Of a stretch of DNA of 41,968 nt, positions 17,382 through 26,937 are shown piece after piece. The first letter of the stretch is position 1. Every line of letters starts with the position of its first letter. The translations under genes were made by a program, and so were the position numbers. Below the pieces are notes generated by a model. That model was not told the DNA's origin, made no database searches, and saw nothing but the letters and a program-made list of their open reading frames with translations. The stretch is taken from sequence record SRR20825019_54, one strand, 5' to 3'.

Positions 17382-19331
17382 TTATTCTGTGGGCTCCAGT
17401 TTTTCCTCTTCCTTTTCAAAAGGTCTTCGGCCAAAAATCTTTTCCAAATCGTCCTTAAAGATAACTTCTTTGTCCAAAAGTCTTTCGGCAAGTTCTGTCA
17501 GCTTGTCTTTGTTGTCTGCCAACAATTTAATGGCGCGCTGATATTGCTCTTCTATCATTTTGGATATTTCCTGATCAATTTTTTGTGCCGTCTGCTCGCT
17601 GTATGGCTTGGTAAACCCATACTCGTTCTGTCCTGATGAATCATAATAGGTAATGTTCCCCAATTGGTCGTTAAGTCCGTAAATAGTGACCATGGCACGA
17701 GCCTGTTTGGTTACTTTTTCCAAATCGCTCAAGGCGCCGGTAGAAATTCTATCGAACATGACTTTCTCAGCGGCTCTACCTCCCATGGTGGCGCACATTT
17801 CGTCCAACATTTGCTCAGGACGAACAATCAAGCGTTCTTCGGGTAAATACCAAGCTGCTCCCAAGGATTGTCCTCTTGGAACGATGGTGACTTTCACTAA
17901 AGGTGCCGCATGCTCCAGCATCCAGCTTACGGTCGCGTGACCAGCTTCGTGGAACGCGATGGTCTTCTTTTCGTCCGGAGTGATGATTTTGTTCTTCTTC
18001 TCCAATCCACCAACAATTCTATCGACTGCATCCAAGAAATCTTGCTTGTTTACTGCTTTTTTCTCTTTTCTGGCGGCAATAAGAGCAGCTTCGTTACAGA
18101 CGTTGGCAATGTCGGCACCGGAGAAACCTGGTGTCTGTTTGGCCAAGAAATCCAAGTCCAAAGTTTCTGCTGTTTTTATCGGACGAAGGTGTACTTCAAA
18201 TATTTCTTTTCTTTCGTTGAGATCAGGAAGGTCAACATAAATTTGACGGTCAAAACGGCCTGCACGCATCAATGCTTTGTCCAGTACGTCAGCACGGTTG
18301 GTGGCGGCCAGAACAATTACGTTGGTATTGGTGCCAAAACCGTCCATTTCTGTCAATAGCTGGTTCAATGTATTTTCACGTTCGTCATTGGAACCTGTAA
18401 AGTTGTTCTTGCCCCTTGCACGTCCGATGGCATCGATTTCATCAATAAATATGATGGCTGGGGATTTGTCCTTCGCTTGTTTGAACAAATCACGAACCCT
18501 GGAAGCTCCCACACCTACGAACATTTCAACAAAATCCGAACCTGATAAGGAGAAGAAGGGCACTTTTGCCTCACCTGCCACGGCTTTTGCCAATAGGGTT
18601 TTACCGGTTCCTGGAGGGCCCACCAAAAGGGCTCCTTTAGGTATTTTTCCCCCAAGAGAGGTGTATTTGTCGGGATTCTTAAGGAATTCTACAATTTCTT
18701 GAACTTCTTCTTTGGCTCCCTCCAATCCTGCAACATCTTTAAAAGAAGTGCGGGTGTCTGTTTTTTCGTCGAACAATTTGGCTTTGGATTTTCCTATGTT
18801 GAAAATCTGACCTCCAGCACCTCCACCGGCACCACCTGACATTCTGCGCATTAGGTAGATCCAGATACCTATTATCAAGGCAAATGGCAATAGGGTTAGG
18901 AATATTTCCCCAAGAACATTGGACTCTGTGTCAAACTCGACAATGGTGTCTAGGTTGTTCTCTTTCTTTATTTCGGTGATTTCATTCTGGAAAATCTGTA
19001 AATCTCCGTAATCCAAAACATATTGAGGAACCAGACCGCTTGATGGAAGAAGGGGCTTTTCGGCCACTCCTTTGTGTACGTCTTTTTTCAGGGCCTCTTC
19101 GGTTAGATAAACCTTTGCCTGACGTGTGTTCGTAATTATGACGATCTTGGAGATGTCACCATTACGTAAGAATTCCTGTAATTCAGAAGTTGTGGTTTTT
19201 TCGGTGCTTGAAAAACTGCTTCCACCAAAAAATTGGAAGCCAATAATCAATGCGATGACCACACCATATATCCACCACGAGCTAAATCGTGGTTTTTTGG
19301 GAGCATTATTCGGGTTGTTTTCTTTTGCCAT
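17382..19331 (-). CDS. ftsH: ATP-dependent zinc metalloprotease FtsH
   Basis: Two TM segments, GPPGTGKT, IFIDEID, SRH, HEAGH. Confidence 0.98.
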   Translation of the reverse strand: MAKENNPNNAPKKPRFSSWWIYGVVIALIIGFQFFGGSSFSSTEKTTTSELQEFLRNGDISKIVIITNTRQAKVYLTEEALKKDVHKGVAEKPLLPSSGLVPQYVLDYGDLQIFQNEITEIKKENNLDTIVEFDTESNVLGEIFLTLLPFALIIGIWIYLMRRMSGGAGGGAGGQIFNIGKSKAKLFDEKTDTRTSFKDVAGLEGAKEEVQEIVEFLKNPDKYTSLGGKIPKGALLVGPPGTGKTLLAKAVAGEAKVPFFSLSGSDFVEMFVGVGASRVRDLFKQAKDKSPAIIFIDEIDAIGRARGKNNFTGSNDERENTLNQLLTEMDGFGTNTNVIVLAATNRADVLDKALMRAGRFDRQIYVDLPDLNERKEIFEVHLRPIKTAETLDLDFLAKQTPGFSGADIANVCNEAALIAARKEKKAVNKQDFLDAVDRIVGGLEKKNKIITPDEKKTIAFHEAGHATVSWMLEHAAPLVKVTIVPRGQSLGAAWYLPEERLIVRPEQMLDEMCATMGGRAAEKVMFDRISTGALSDLEKVTKQARAMVTIYGLNDQLGNITYYDSSGQNEYGFTKPYSEQTAQKIDQEISKMIEEQYQRAIKLLADNKDKLTELAERLLDKEVIFKDDLEKIFGRRPFEKEEEKLEPTE

Positions 19332-19337
19332 TTTTTC

Positions 19338-19715
19338 TTAAGAATTGTAACTGCTTTCCACCATAGTGACCTTGGCATCTCCCCAAAGTCCCTCAATATC
19401 GTAAAATTCCCTAATGTGTTTTTGAAATACATGTACCACAACGTTTACATAATCCATCAGCACCCATTCGGCGTTCTCGGAGCCCTCGACATGCCATGGC
19501 TTGTCTTGTATGGCCTTGCTCACCTTTTTTTGGACGGAGGATACTATTGCGTTAACATGCGTGTTGGAAGTACCGTTACAGATGATGAAGTAGTCGCAAA
19601 CTGTATTTTCGATTTCCCTAAGGTCCAGTAGATTTATGTCAACTCCTTTAACGTCTTCTATTCCTTCCAGGATCAAGGCAATCAATTCATCTGCGCTAGC
19701 TTTCTTTTTCTGCAT
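19338..19715 (-). CDS. rsfS: Ribosome silencing factor
   Basis: DYFIICNG, WVLMDYVNVVVHVF...REFYDIEGLW. Confidence 0.95.
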   Translation of the reverse strand: MQKKKASADELIALILEGIEDVKGVDINLLDLREIENTVCDYFIICNGTSNTHVNAIVSSVQKKVSKAIQDKPWHVEGSENAEWVLMDYVNVVVHVFQKHIREFYDIEGLWGDAKVTMVESSYNS

Positions 19716-19734
19716 TCAAAAAGTTTAGTTTTTA

Positions 19735-19742
19735 CAAAGTTA
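19735..19742 (-). promoter_or_regulatory. -7 promoter element (TAACTTTG) for the rsfS-ftsH-LUD-cdsA-psd-ACBP run
   Basis: CAAAGTTA on +, 19 nt upstream of the rsfS ATG. Confidence 0.6.
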
Positions 19743-19797
19743 TGTTTTTTTTGTTTTCTTAGCCCTAGTTTTTAACAAATCGTAAAGGCTTGTCATA

Positions 19798-20541
19798 TTG
19801 GGAAAACATTTTCAAATACTCAAACTTGATGCCACGGACTCCACAAATCAATATTTAAAGGATTTGTTGCGTTCCGAGAATCCTATGGATTATACAGTTG
19901 TTGTTACCGAGCGACAACTTAAAGGAAGGGGGCAAATGGGAACGGTCTGGCAGTCAGAGGGAGGTAAGAACCTTACATTTAGTGTGTTGAGGAGGTTTGA
20001 TGCACTGAGCGTCAAGCATCAATTTGTGTTGAATATTGCCGTTTCCTTGGCTGTTTTGGACACGTTGACGGAGCTTTCCATTCCCGATGTGACGGTAAAA
20101 TGGCCCAACGACATTATGTCAGGTTCCAAGAAAATTTGTGGCATTTTAATAGAAAATGTACTTAGGGGAGAGTATGTGGGTCAATCCATTATAGGAATTG
20201 GTTTGAATGTGAACCAAACTGATTTTACGAATTTCGAGAAGGCTTCTTCATTAAAGCAGATTGTGGGCCGCAATTTTGATTTGGACGAACTTTTATATGG
20301 GGTGCTTCACAGACTTCAACATCATATGGAAAGGATTGAATCCAAAAGCGTGAAACAGTTATTGCCTTCTTATGAGAAGTTACTTTTTAGGAAGGATAAG
20401 CCTTCTACATTTAGCGACCCCCATGGAAATAGGTTCATGGGTTTTATCCGAATGGTTTCACCAACTGGTAAACTGATTATTGAACTGGAAGACCAGGTTC
20501 TCAAAGAATTCGATTTAAAAGAGGTGACCTTGCTCTACTGA
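19798..20541 (+). CDS. birA: Biotin--[acetyl-CoA-carboxylase] ligase (no N-terminal HTH)
   Basis: DSTN, QLKGRGQ, KWPNDI, KICGILIE, GIGLNVN; TTG start. Confidence 0.92.
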   Translation: MGKHFQILKLDATDSTNQYLKDLLRSENPMDYTVVVTERQLKGRGQMGTVWQSEGGKNLTFSVLRRFDALSVKHQFVLNIAVSLAVLDTLTELSIPDVTVKWPNDIMSGSKKICGILIENVLRGEYVGQSIIGIGLNVNQTDFTNFEKASSLKQIVGRNFDLDELLYGVLHRLQHHMERIESKSVKQLLPSYEKLLFRKDKPSTFSDPHGNRFMGFIRMVSPTGKLIIELEDQVLKEFDLKEVTLLY

Positions 20542-20933
20542 CCTATTTTGTCCATGTTGTTGGACAATGTACCCATAAAGTTGGTGATGGGTGCTTTGAT
20601 CATCATGGCCATCATGGCATTGAACTGTCCCTCGAAACTAAGTGCTACTTCACTTTCGTTGTCTCCGAGCGATGCAATGTCGGCGGTAAGGGTAAAAGGT
20701 AGTTTGTCACTTGCTGCGCCCAAGACCACCTTATTATACGGGTTTTGTTCTTTTAGCCTAAGTACAATTTCGGGCATACCTTTTAGGGCGAATTTGAAAG
20801 TGTTCTCGTCCAACACTTCAAACTTGTCTATATTCTCGGGCATTAAAGTTTCAAAGTTTTTGATATCTGTCAAGAACTCAAATACTTCTTTGTCGCTTTT
20901 GGCTACTTTCTTTTTTGAGGCTTCAATGTGCAT
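20535..20933 (-). CDS. SRPBCC/CoxG-like small protein
   Basis: 132 aa; EVFEFLTD..NFETLMP; NAMMAMMIKAPI; follows pyrE. Confidence 0.7.
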   Translation of the reverse strand: MHIEASKKKVAKSDKEVFEFLTDIKNFETLMPENIDKFEVLDENTFKFALKGMPEIVLRLKEQNPYNKVVLGAASDKLPFTLTADIASLGDNESEVALSFEGQFNAMMAMMIKAPITNFMGTLSNNMDKIGQ

Positions 20934-20939
20934 AGTAAA

Positions 20940-21581
20940 TTATTGTTTCCATTCTTGTGGATTGGATCTCCACTCAAGAAGTGTCTTTAATTGTGATTCT
21001 TTGATGTAATTGGTTTCAGAGGCCTGTTCGATCAAGTGCTCGTAATCCGATAGGGTATGGAGTTCAATACCTTCTTTTTCGAAGTTTTCGGTGGATACGG
21101 GAAAACCATACGTGAAGATGGCGATCATTCCTTTTATATCGGCATTTTGTTCCTTGAGAGCTTGCACGGCATTAAGGCTGCTATTGCCGGTGCTTATCAA
21201 ATCCTCTATCACAACAACGCTCTGTCCGGCTTCAAAATATCCTTCGATTTGATTTTGTCTGCCATGTTCTTTGGGTTTTGGCCTTATGTAAACAAAGGGC
21301 AGTCCCAGTGCTTCTGCTACCAAAATACCTATTCCAATAGCCCCCGTGGCCACTCCGGCGATCACATCTGGCTTGCCGTAAAGGTTCTCTACTTGCTTGG
21401 CAATTTCTTCCCGAACAAAATTCCGAACCTGCGGATAGGACAACATAATCCTGTTGTCGCAATAAATAGGAGATTTCCAACCCGAAGCCCATGTAAAAGG
21501 ATTTTCAGGTTCCAACTTAATTGCATTAATTTGTAATAACAGCTCAGCTGTTTTTTTTGCGATTTGTTTATCTAAAACCAT
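20940..21581 (-). CDS. pyrE: Orotate phosphoribosyltransferase
   Basis: FTWASGWKSPIYCDNR, VVVIEDLISTGNS; start at ATG 21581 (MVLDKQ), since the longer ORF overlaps the NUDIX gene. Confidence 0.95.
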   Translation of the reverse strand: MVLDKQIAKKTAELLLQINAIKLEPENPFTWASGWKSPIYCDNRIMLSYPQVRNFVREEIAKQVENLYGKPDVIAGVATGAIGIGILVAEALGLPFVYIRPKPKEHGRQNQIEGYFEAGQSVVVIEDLISTGNSSLNAVQALKEQNADIKGMIAIFTYGFPVSTENFEKEGIELHTLSDYEHLIEQASETNYIKESQLKTLLEWRSNPQEWKQ

Positions 21582-21588
21582 TGCGCAA

Positions 21589-22188
21589 ATGTATGAAGTT
21601 TTTGTTAATGAGGCTCCACTGATTTTAACAAACGAGCGCCCCCAGGATTCCAATGGTAATTTGTTTTCTTTGGATGGTGATTCCATTGTTGAGGCCATAA
21701 AACTTTTGTCCAAAAAGAAAGTAAAAAAGGCATACCTCTATCATCCTGATGAGAAGAAGATCCTAAAACTTTTTATGCACAAAATTCCGGTGGTAGTCGC
21801 TGGCGGAGGATTTGTGATCAATAGAAAGGGGAAGGTCCTTTTTATCTACAGGAACGGAAAATGGGACCTGCCCAAGGGCAAGGTAGATAAGGGCGAATCC
21901 ATTGAAAATGCCGCAATTCGTGAAGTTGAAGAGGAAACAGGTGTCAAGAATCTGGAAATTGACAGGTTCCTTCATACTACTTACCATATTTTTAAACGGA
22001 ACGGGGAGTACCGACTAAAACAGACGCACTGGTTTATTATGTCCACTGATTATACCGGAAAGTTAGTGGCCGAAAAGTCAGAAGGTATCAAAAAGGTAAA
22101 GTGGAAAGGTTCGCGAAAGACCAAAAAGGCCTTAAAAAACTCTTATCATAATATAAAGATATTGTTCGAGGATTGGCCTTTTAATTAG
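21589..22188 (+). CDS. NUDIX hydrolase
   Basis: Nudix box GKVDKGESIENAAIREVEEETG. Confidence 0.92.
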   Translation: MYEVFVNEAPLILTNERPQDSNGNLFSLDGDSIVEAIKLLSKKKVKKAYLYHPDEKKILKLFMHKIPVVVAGGGFVINRKGKVLFIYRNGKWDLPKGKVDKGESIENAAIREVEEETGVKNLEIDRFLHTTYHIFKRNGEYRLKQTHWFIMSTDYTGKLVAEKSEGIKKVKWKGSRKTKKALKNSYHNIKILFEDWPFN

Positions 22189-23953
22189 GGAGCAGACCTG
22201 CTGCTTCGCTTCCTTTGGCAACTCGGTATATCGGGTATGTCATGTACGCTTCCTCAAAATGTTCGGAGCGTTCAAAAATCCAATTGAGCTGTGCATACCA
22301 GTTATTGGCAAAGTTGAGCTCGGCTTCTTTTTTTGTCTCGAATTCCTGTAGCAGCAAAGAATCCTGTTGAAGCATTTTAATGGCCACATCCTCAAAAACG
22401 TATGGGGAAAAACCTTCCTTGCGTTGTAAAACGGTATCAAAAAAGTTCCAATTAAAGAATGAATCGGCGCCTTGTGGCTCCAATGTTTCCATAAGGTATC
22501 TAATTCCTGGCTGACGGGTAGGTATCAATAGGTCACCTTCTCTAAAATGGACTTTTTTAGTGTGTTTTGTGACTTTGGTATTCGAATGGAGATAGTGTCC
22601 TTCGTATGGGGCATTTCGTGTATCGTAATCCTCAATGGTGTACCCTTCCACCAAAAGTGTGGTGTCTTTTTTGATGGCCGTATATTGAATTTTATTGGCA
22701 TCCAATCGCTCTATCACTCGTTTCCAGCTTTTCTTGACAATATAGGCGGCAGGAACGGTAACCGTATCCACCGGATAAAAATAATCTTGATAGGTGGTCT
22801 CTTTGGTAAACGGTTTGTCCCTGTTGTATTTCAATCGCGGAAGTCCGGTTACTTCACTGGTAAGTTGTTCCACCTCAAATCCCTTAAAGTCAAGGGTGCT
22901 CGTTTTTGTGGTGTCCACTTGCCAGTTGAAATAATACTCGGAAAGTTCGAGATTCTTTTCCAAGGTCTCTTTTCGTAATGTTTTAATTTTGTCGTGCTCT
23001 TTCTCTACTACCTCTATCAAACTCTGCATTAGGGCATAGGTTCCCTCAACTCGCTGTTTATAGGGTTTCAGCATATGGGTTTCCACCATCAGTCCCAAGG
23101 TGCTCCAAAGGGTGGTATAGCCTGTGGAATATCTTGGATGATCCATAAATTGACTGAAGCCCATCTCGGGCGGCACATTGAAAACATTTACATAAGGCGT
23201 AATGTCCCATTCTTTTTCGGCCAAAGAATTTTCAAGATTTGGCATTAGGGTTCCGTGAAGATATTCCCCCATTTCACCACCTAGCTTGTTGTGCTGGGTG
23301 AAAAGGTGGGTCAAAGTATACTGATAATCGGCTCCATTGCTCACATGGTTGTCTATAAAGACATCTGGTTTTACCATATGGAATATTTGGGCGAAGGTCC
23401 GGGCATTTTCGGTATCCATTTTAATGAAATCCCTGTTAAGGTCGTAGTTACGTGCATTGCCCCTGAAACCATACTCCAAGGGGCCGTTTTGGTTTGCCCT
23501 GGTTGTGGAATTTCTGTTCAGCGCACCGCCGACGTTATATATGGGTATGGTTACCAGTACGGTGTTCTCTGGCATTTTTAGTTTGCCCGTCGCCAGATCA
23601 CGGTATAGCATCATTGTTGCATCAATGCCATCGCTTTCACCGGGGTGTATGCCATTGTTTATTAAGATAATGGATTTTTCCTTGCGGATATTTTCATAAT
23701 TAAAATCCCCATCCGGATTAAAGGTTACGGTATGCAGCGGGATTCCACTATCTGTTTTTCCTGTGGTGTGTATGTTTATCTGCGGAAATTCGCGTGCAAG
23801 GCCCATGTAATAATCAATGGTTTGCCTGTATGTTGCAGTTTCTAAGCCACCCGAAGCTTCGTAATGTGTTTGGTACGAGGATTTTTCTCCTTGTGTTTCG
23901 GACTCACAGGATATAAAAAGGAATACGGCCGCTAAAAAAAATAAATGTTTCAA
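22181..23953 (-). CDS. M14 family zinc carboxypeptidase, lipoprotein
   Basis: Lipobox FISC; GIHPGE, DLNRDF, FIDNH; TTG start; TATTTTTG promoter element at 24002-24009. Confidence 0.88.
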   Translation of the reverse strand: MKHLFFLAAVFLFISCESETQGEKSSYQTHYEASGGLETATYRQTIDYYMGLAREFPQINIHTTGKTDSGIPLHTVTFNPDGDFNYENIRKEKSIILINNGIHPGESDGIDATMMLYRDLATGKLKMPENTVLVTIPIYNVGGALNRNSTTRANQNGPLEYGFRGNARNYDLNRDFIKMDTENARTFAQIFHMVKPDVFIDNHVSNGADYQYTLTHLFTQHNKLGGEMGEYLHGTLMPNLENSLAEKEWDITPYVNVFNVPPEMGFSQFMDHPRYSTGYTTLWSTLGLMVETHMLKPYKQRVEGTYALMQSLIEVVEKEHDKIKTLRKETLEKNLELSEYYFNWQVDTTKTSTLDFKGFEVEQLTSEVTGLPRLKYNRDKPFTKETTYQDYFYPVDTVTVPAAYIVKKSWKRVIERLDANKIQYTAIKKDTTLLVEGYTIEDYDTRNAPYEGHYLHSNTKVTKHTKKVHFREGDLLIPTRQPGIRYLMETLEPQGADSFFNWNFFDTVLQRKEGFSPYVFEDVAIKMLQQDSLLLQEFETKKEAELNFANNWYAQLNWIFERSEHFEEAYMTYPIYRVAKGSEAAGLLPN

Positions 23954-24022
23954 AATACTTCGGGAACTTTAAGTTGCACTTAATGTTGTGCTTATCAGTG
24001 CCAAAAATACAGAATATTATAA

Positions 24023-24436
24023 TTAGGAGGCCATATCCATTAATCCAAGATCGGTTGCCTCGATTTTGAAAATGGGTTTGTTCTTAAAATTGAGTATATA
24101 CGGGCACCTGTCCTTAAAACTGCTCCATTTTTGATGGTCCAGTGGGTCTATGGAAGAAGTGATCATGTTAATGATGATATGCTCTTTTAAGTCTAAGATA
24201 ATAAGTTCGTCCAAGAAGTCCCATCCATCCATAATGGGCATGTTGATGTCCAGAAATATAACATCGGGAATTGTTTTATTGGATTCATGCCTTTCTAACA
24301 GTGCGTCATAGGCTTCTTTACCATTCTGAAATATTTGGACATCATCACATTTGGTAACGGACTTTAGCATTTTTTTTATACCAAATACTGTTATGGGATC
24401 ATCGTCCACTATAAAAATACAACTAACTTTCTTCAT
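24023..24436 (-). CDS. Single-domain response regulator (CheY-like)
   Basis: IVDDD, FLDINMPIMDG, TSS, KP; start MKKVS at 24436. Confidence 0.9.
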   Translation of the reverse strand: MKKVSCIFIVDDDPITVFGIKKMLKSVTKCDDVQIFQNGKEAYDALLERHESNKTIPDVIFLDINMPIMDGWDFLDELIILDLKEHIIINMITSSIDPLDHQKWSSFKDRCPYILNFKNKPIFKIEATDLGLMDMAS

Positions 24437-26251
24437 TAAAATACACATTAAATGTAGTGCCTCTATCAACATCACTTTGCACTGTTATACTTCCGCCCAT
24501 GGCCTCTATTTGGTTTTTTACAAGATAAAGACCAAAGCCTTTGGAGTCTTCTTTGTTATGGAATGTCTTGTACATGCCAAAAATTTTGTCACCGTATTTT
24601 TCCAAATCAATCCCAAGACCATTGTCGGATATGCTCAGTAGTACACCTTCTTTTGATTTTACCGCATTGATTATGATCAATGGTTTTCGAATGGGACTCC
24701 TATATTTTACGGCATTGGAGATTAGGTTTAGAATAATACTGTCCAGATAGGCAGGTACACATTCTACTTTGATATCTTCGGCTACATGATTGATTATCTG
24801 CGAATCATATTTGTTCAAAAAGGCAGAAAAATTCTGTAAAACCTTCACAATGTTTTGTTTGAGGAACAATGGTTTTTTGGTTACAGATGTATTGGTGTTC
24901 ACATCTACCACTTGATTAAGGTTTTCCAAGGTCTCCAATAAATTGTCTGATGCTTGCGAGAGCATTTTGGTGATTCGTTCTCTCTCTCTGTCGGGTCGTT
25001 TTCTGACTTTAAAAATTCCAAGAGCATGGAAAAGTTTGCGGAGTGCGATCGTAGGTTATGGGATACAATGTGAGCAAAATCTATTAATTTTTGATTCTGC
25101 ATCGAGGTTATTTTGATAAGATCTCGTAATTCGCCTTCCTTCTTTTTGATGGAGGAAATATCCAAGCTCATACCAATAAGACCACACACTTTACCATCCA
25201 GATCAAAATAAGGTATTTTGGAGGTCAGAAAATGGGTTGTTTTGCCATTATGGGTAATAGCGGTCTCTTTGCCAATAATAGGAGTAAGGTGCTTCATGAC
25301 CTGTATATCCTCTTCCCTTGATATTTTTGCCGTATCCTCATTATATATGTCGAAATCATTTTTGCCGATGATTTCCTCCTTACTCTTGTTGATATAATGG
25401 GACTCTCCTTTGTTGATCAGGATTTTTCTGGACTCAAGGTCTTTCACATAAACGTTCAATGGTAAGCTATCAACAAGTGTGCTGAGCAATTGTTGATGCT
25501 CCTTGACCTTGTTTTCGGCCATCACCTCGTCATGAATATCCCGTATTGTTCCAAAAACCTTAACGGTATTACCGTTTTCTACATAAGGTTTACCGGTAAT
25601 CCGTACCCATCTTTCTTCACCGTTAAATGTTATGATCATCAAATTGGTGTCGTAGGATTGCTGGTTTTCAATCGCTTTGTGAAAGAGCATTGAAACCTTG
25701 TTTCTGCTATAACCCGGTTTAAAAAATTCAATGGCCTCGGCCGTGGTAGGCTCAAAACAATCGGGAACATGATGGATACGCTTGGTTTCTTTGCACCATG
25801 TGAGTTGTTCTGTCGCTATTTCAAATTCCCACCAACCTGTTTTGGATACTTCTACCTTGGTCTCCAAAATGTTCTGCAACCACTCGACTTGATGCTCTTT
25901 TTCCACTTCGGCCGTAATGTTGTCCGTTTGGATTATGGTCCCGATTACGTTTTCCTTCTCGTCGAACCAAGGGGCGAAATAACTCTTGAAATGGCCAGTG
26001 CCGTTATGGTTTGATATTTTGTGCCTAAGAGAGAAGGATTTATTTTCCTTTAATTTTTTTTTGAGATCTGGGATGCCAGCATATAATGGAAACACTTTGG
26101 TATGGTGGTCGCTGTTCTGTGGAGGCAATCCAAAGATGTCTAGCCACGAAGAGGAGGCATCCACCAAAATACCTTTTTTGCACAGAAGTGCTGTTGCTTT
26201 GGGCAACTGTTTCAATAAGTAAAATTGGTCAACTCTTCTTACTGCTTTCAA
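24423..26251 (-). pseudogene. PAS-domain sensor histidine kinase split by a 2-bp frameshift
   Basis: ORF 24905-26251 has PAS domains and the H-box (SHNLRSH); ORF 24423-24965 has HATPase N/G1/F/G2 boxes. Removing one AG from (AG)5 at 24980-24989 joins them as ...DPTERERITKMLSQASDNL... Confidence 0.88.
24979..24989. repeat. (TC)5T / (AG)5A dinucleotide repeat at the kinase frameshift
   Basis: TCTCTCTCTCT read directly from the sequence. Confidence 0.9.
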
Positions 26252-26448
26252 AACTCGGGGTTGTTTAAAAAACGTTAGTGCTTACTCAGAAATTTCCGAC
26301 TAAGCTATAATTATTTGGTCGATACAACGCATATTATGTTGCGAAAGCAATCATTAATGTTGTATCCAAAGGGTTGGCCATGGTTTCTATAAATATAGAA
26401 AGAAAGAATTTACCTACAAATTAAATTCGATGAACGGAAAGTAGATCG

Positions 26449-26904
26449 TTATTTTACTACAACGGTCTCTGGCACCAAGCCTGTATAGTCCCCTCCATTC
26501 CTTATTACATCTCGAACTATTGATGAGCTGATGTAAGATTTTCCAGAGGATGTCAATAGAAATACTGTTTCAATCTCCGATAACTTTCTATTGGTGTGTG
26601 CAATGGCTTTTTCAAATTCAAAATCGGCAGGGTTGCGCAACCCTCTAAGAATAAAAGTGGCATCTATTTTTTTGCAAAAATCCACGGTCATGCCCTTGTA
26701 GGTGGTCACTTTTATTTTTGGTTCGTCGGCAAATGCCTTTTGAATAAAACTTACACGTTCTTCCAATGAGAACATATAATTTTTGTCGGCATTTATCCCT
26801 ATGGCAATCACCAATTCATCAAAAAGGGTCACACCTCTCTTAATAATGTCGTAATGCCCTAAAGTAAGCGGGTCAAAAGAACCAGGGAACAATGCACGTC
26901 TCAT
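26449..26904 (-). CDS. coaD: Pantetheine-phosphate adenylyltransferase
   Basis: FPGSFDPLTLGH, RGLR...DFEFE, ISSSIVR. Confidence 0.97.
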   Translation of the reverse strand: MRRALFPGSFDPLTLGHYDIIKRGVTLFDELVIAIGINADKNYMFSLEERVSFIQKAFADEPKIKVTTYKGMTVDFCKKIDATFILRGLRNPADFEFEKAIAHTNRKLSEIETVFLLTSSGKSYISSSIVRDVIRNGGDYTGLVPETVVVK

Positions 26905-26937
26905 GTTGTGGAATAAAGTTTCCTAAAAATACAGTTT

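Noticed and set aside
21582-21713. N-terminal extension of pyrE in the ORF track
   Set aside because: Overlaps the NUDIX gene; homology and the promoter position favour ATG 21581.
22181-22188. Short convergent 3' overlaps (also 14989-14992 and 20535-20541)
   Set aside because: Common in compact flavobacterial genomes; no further signal.
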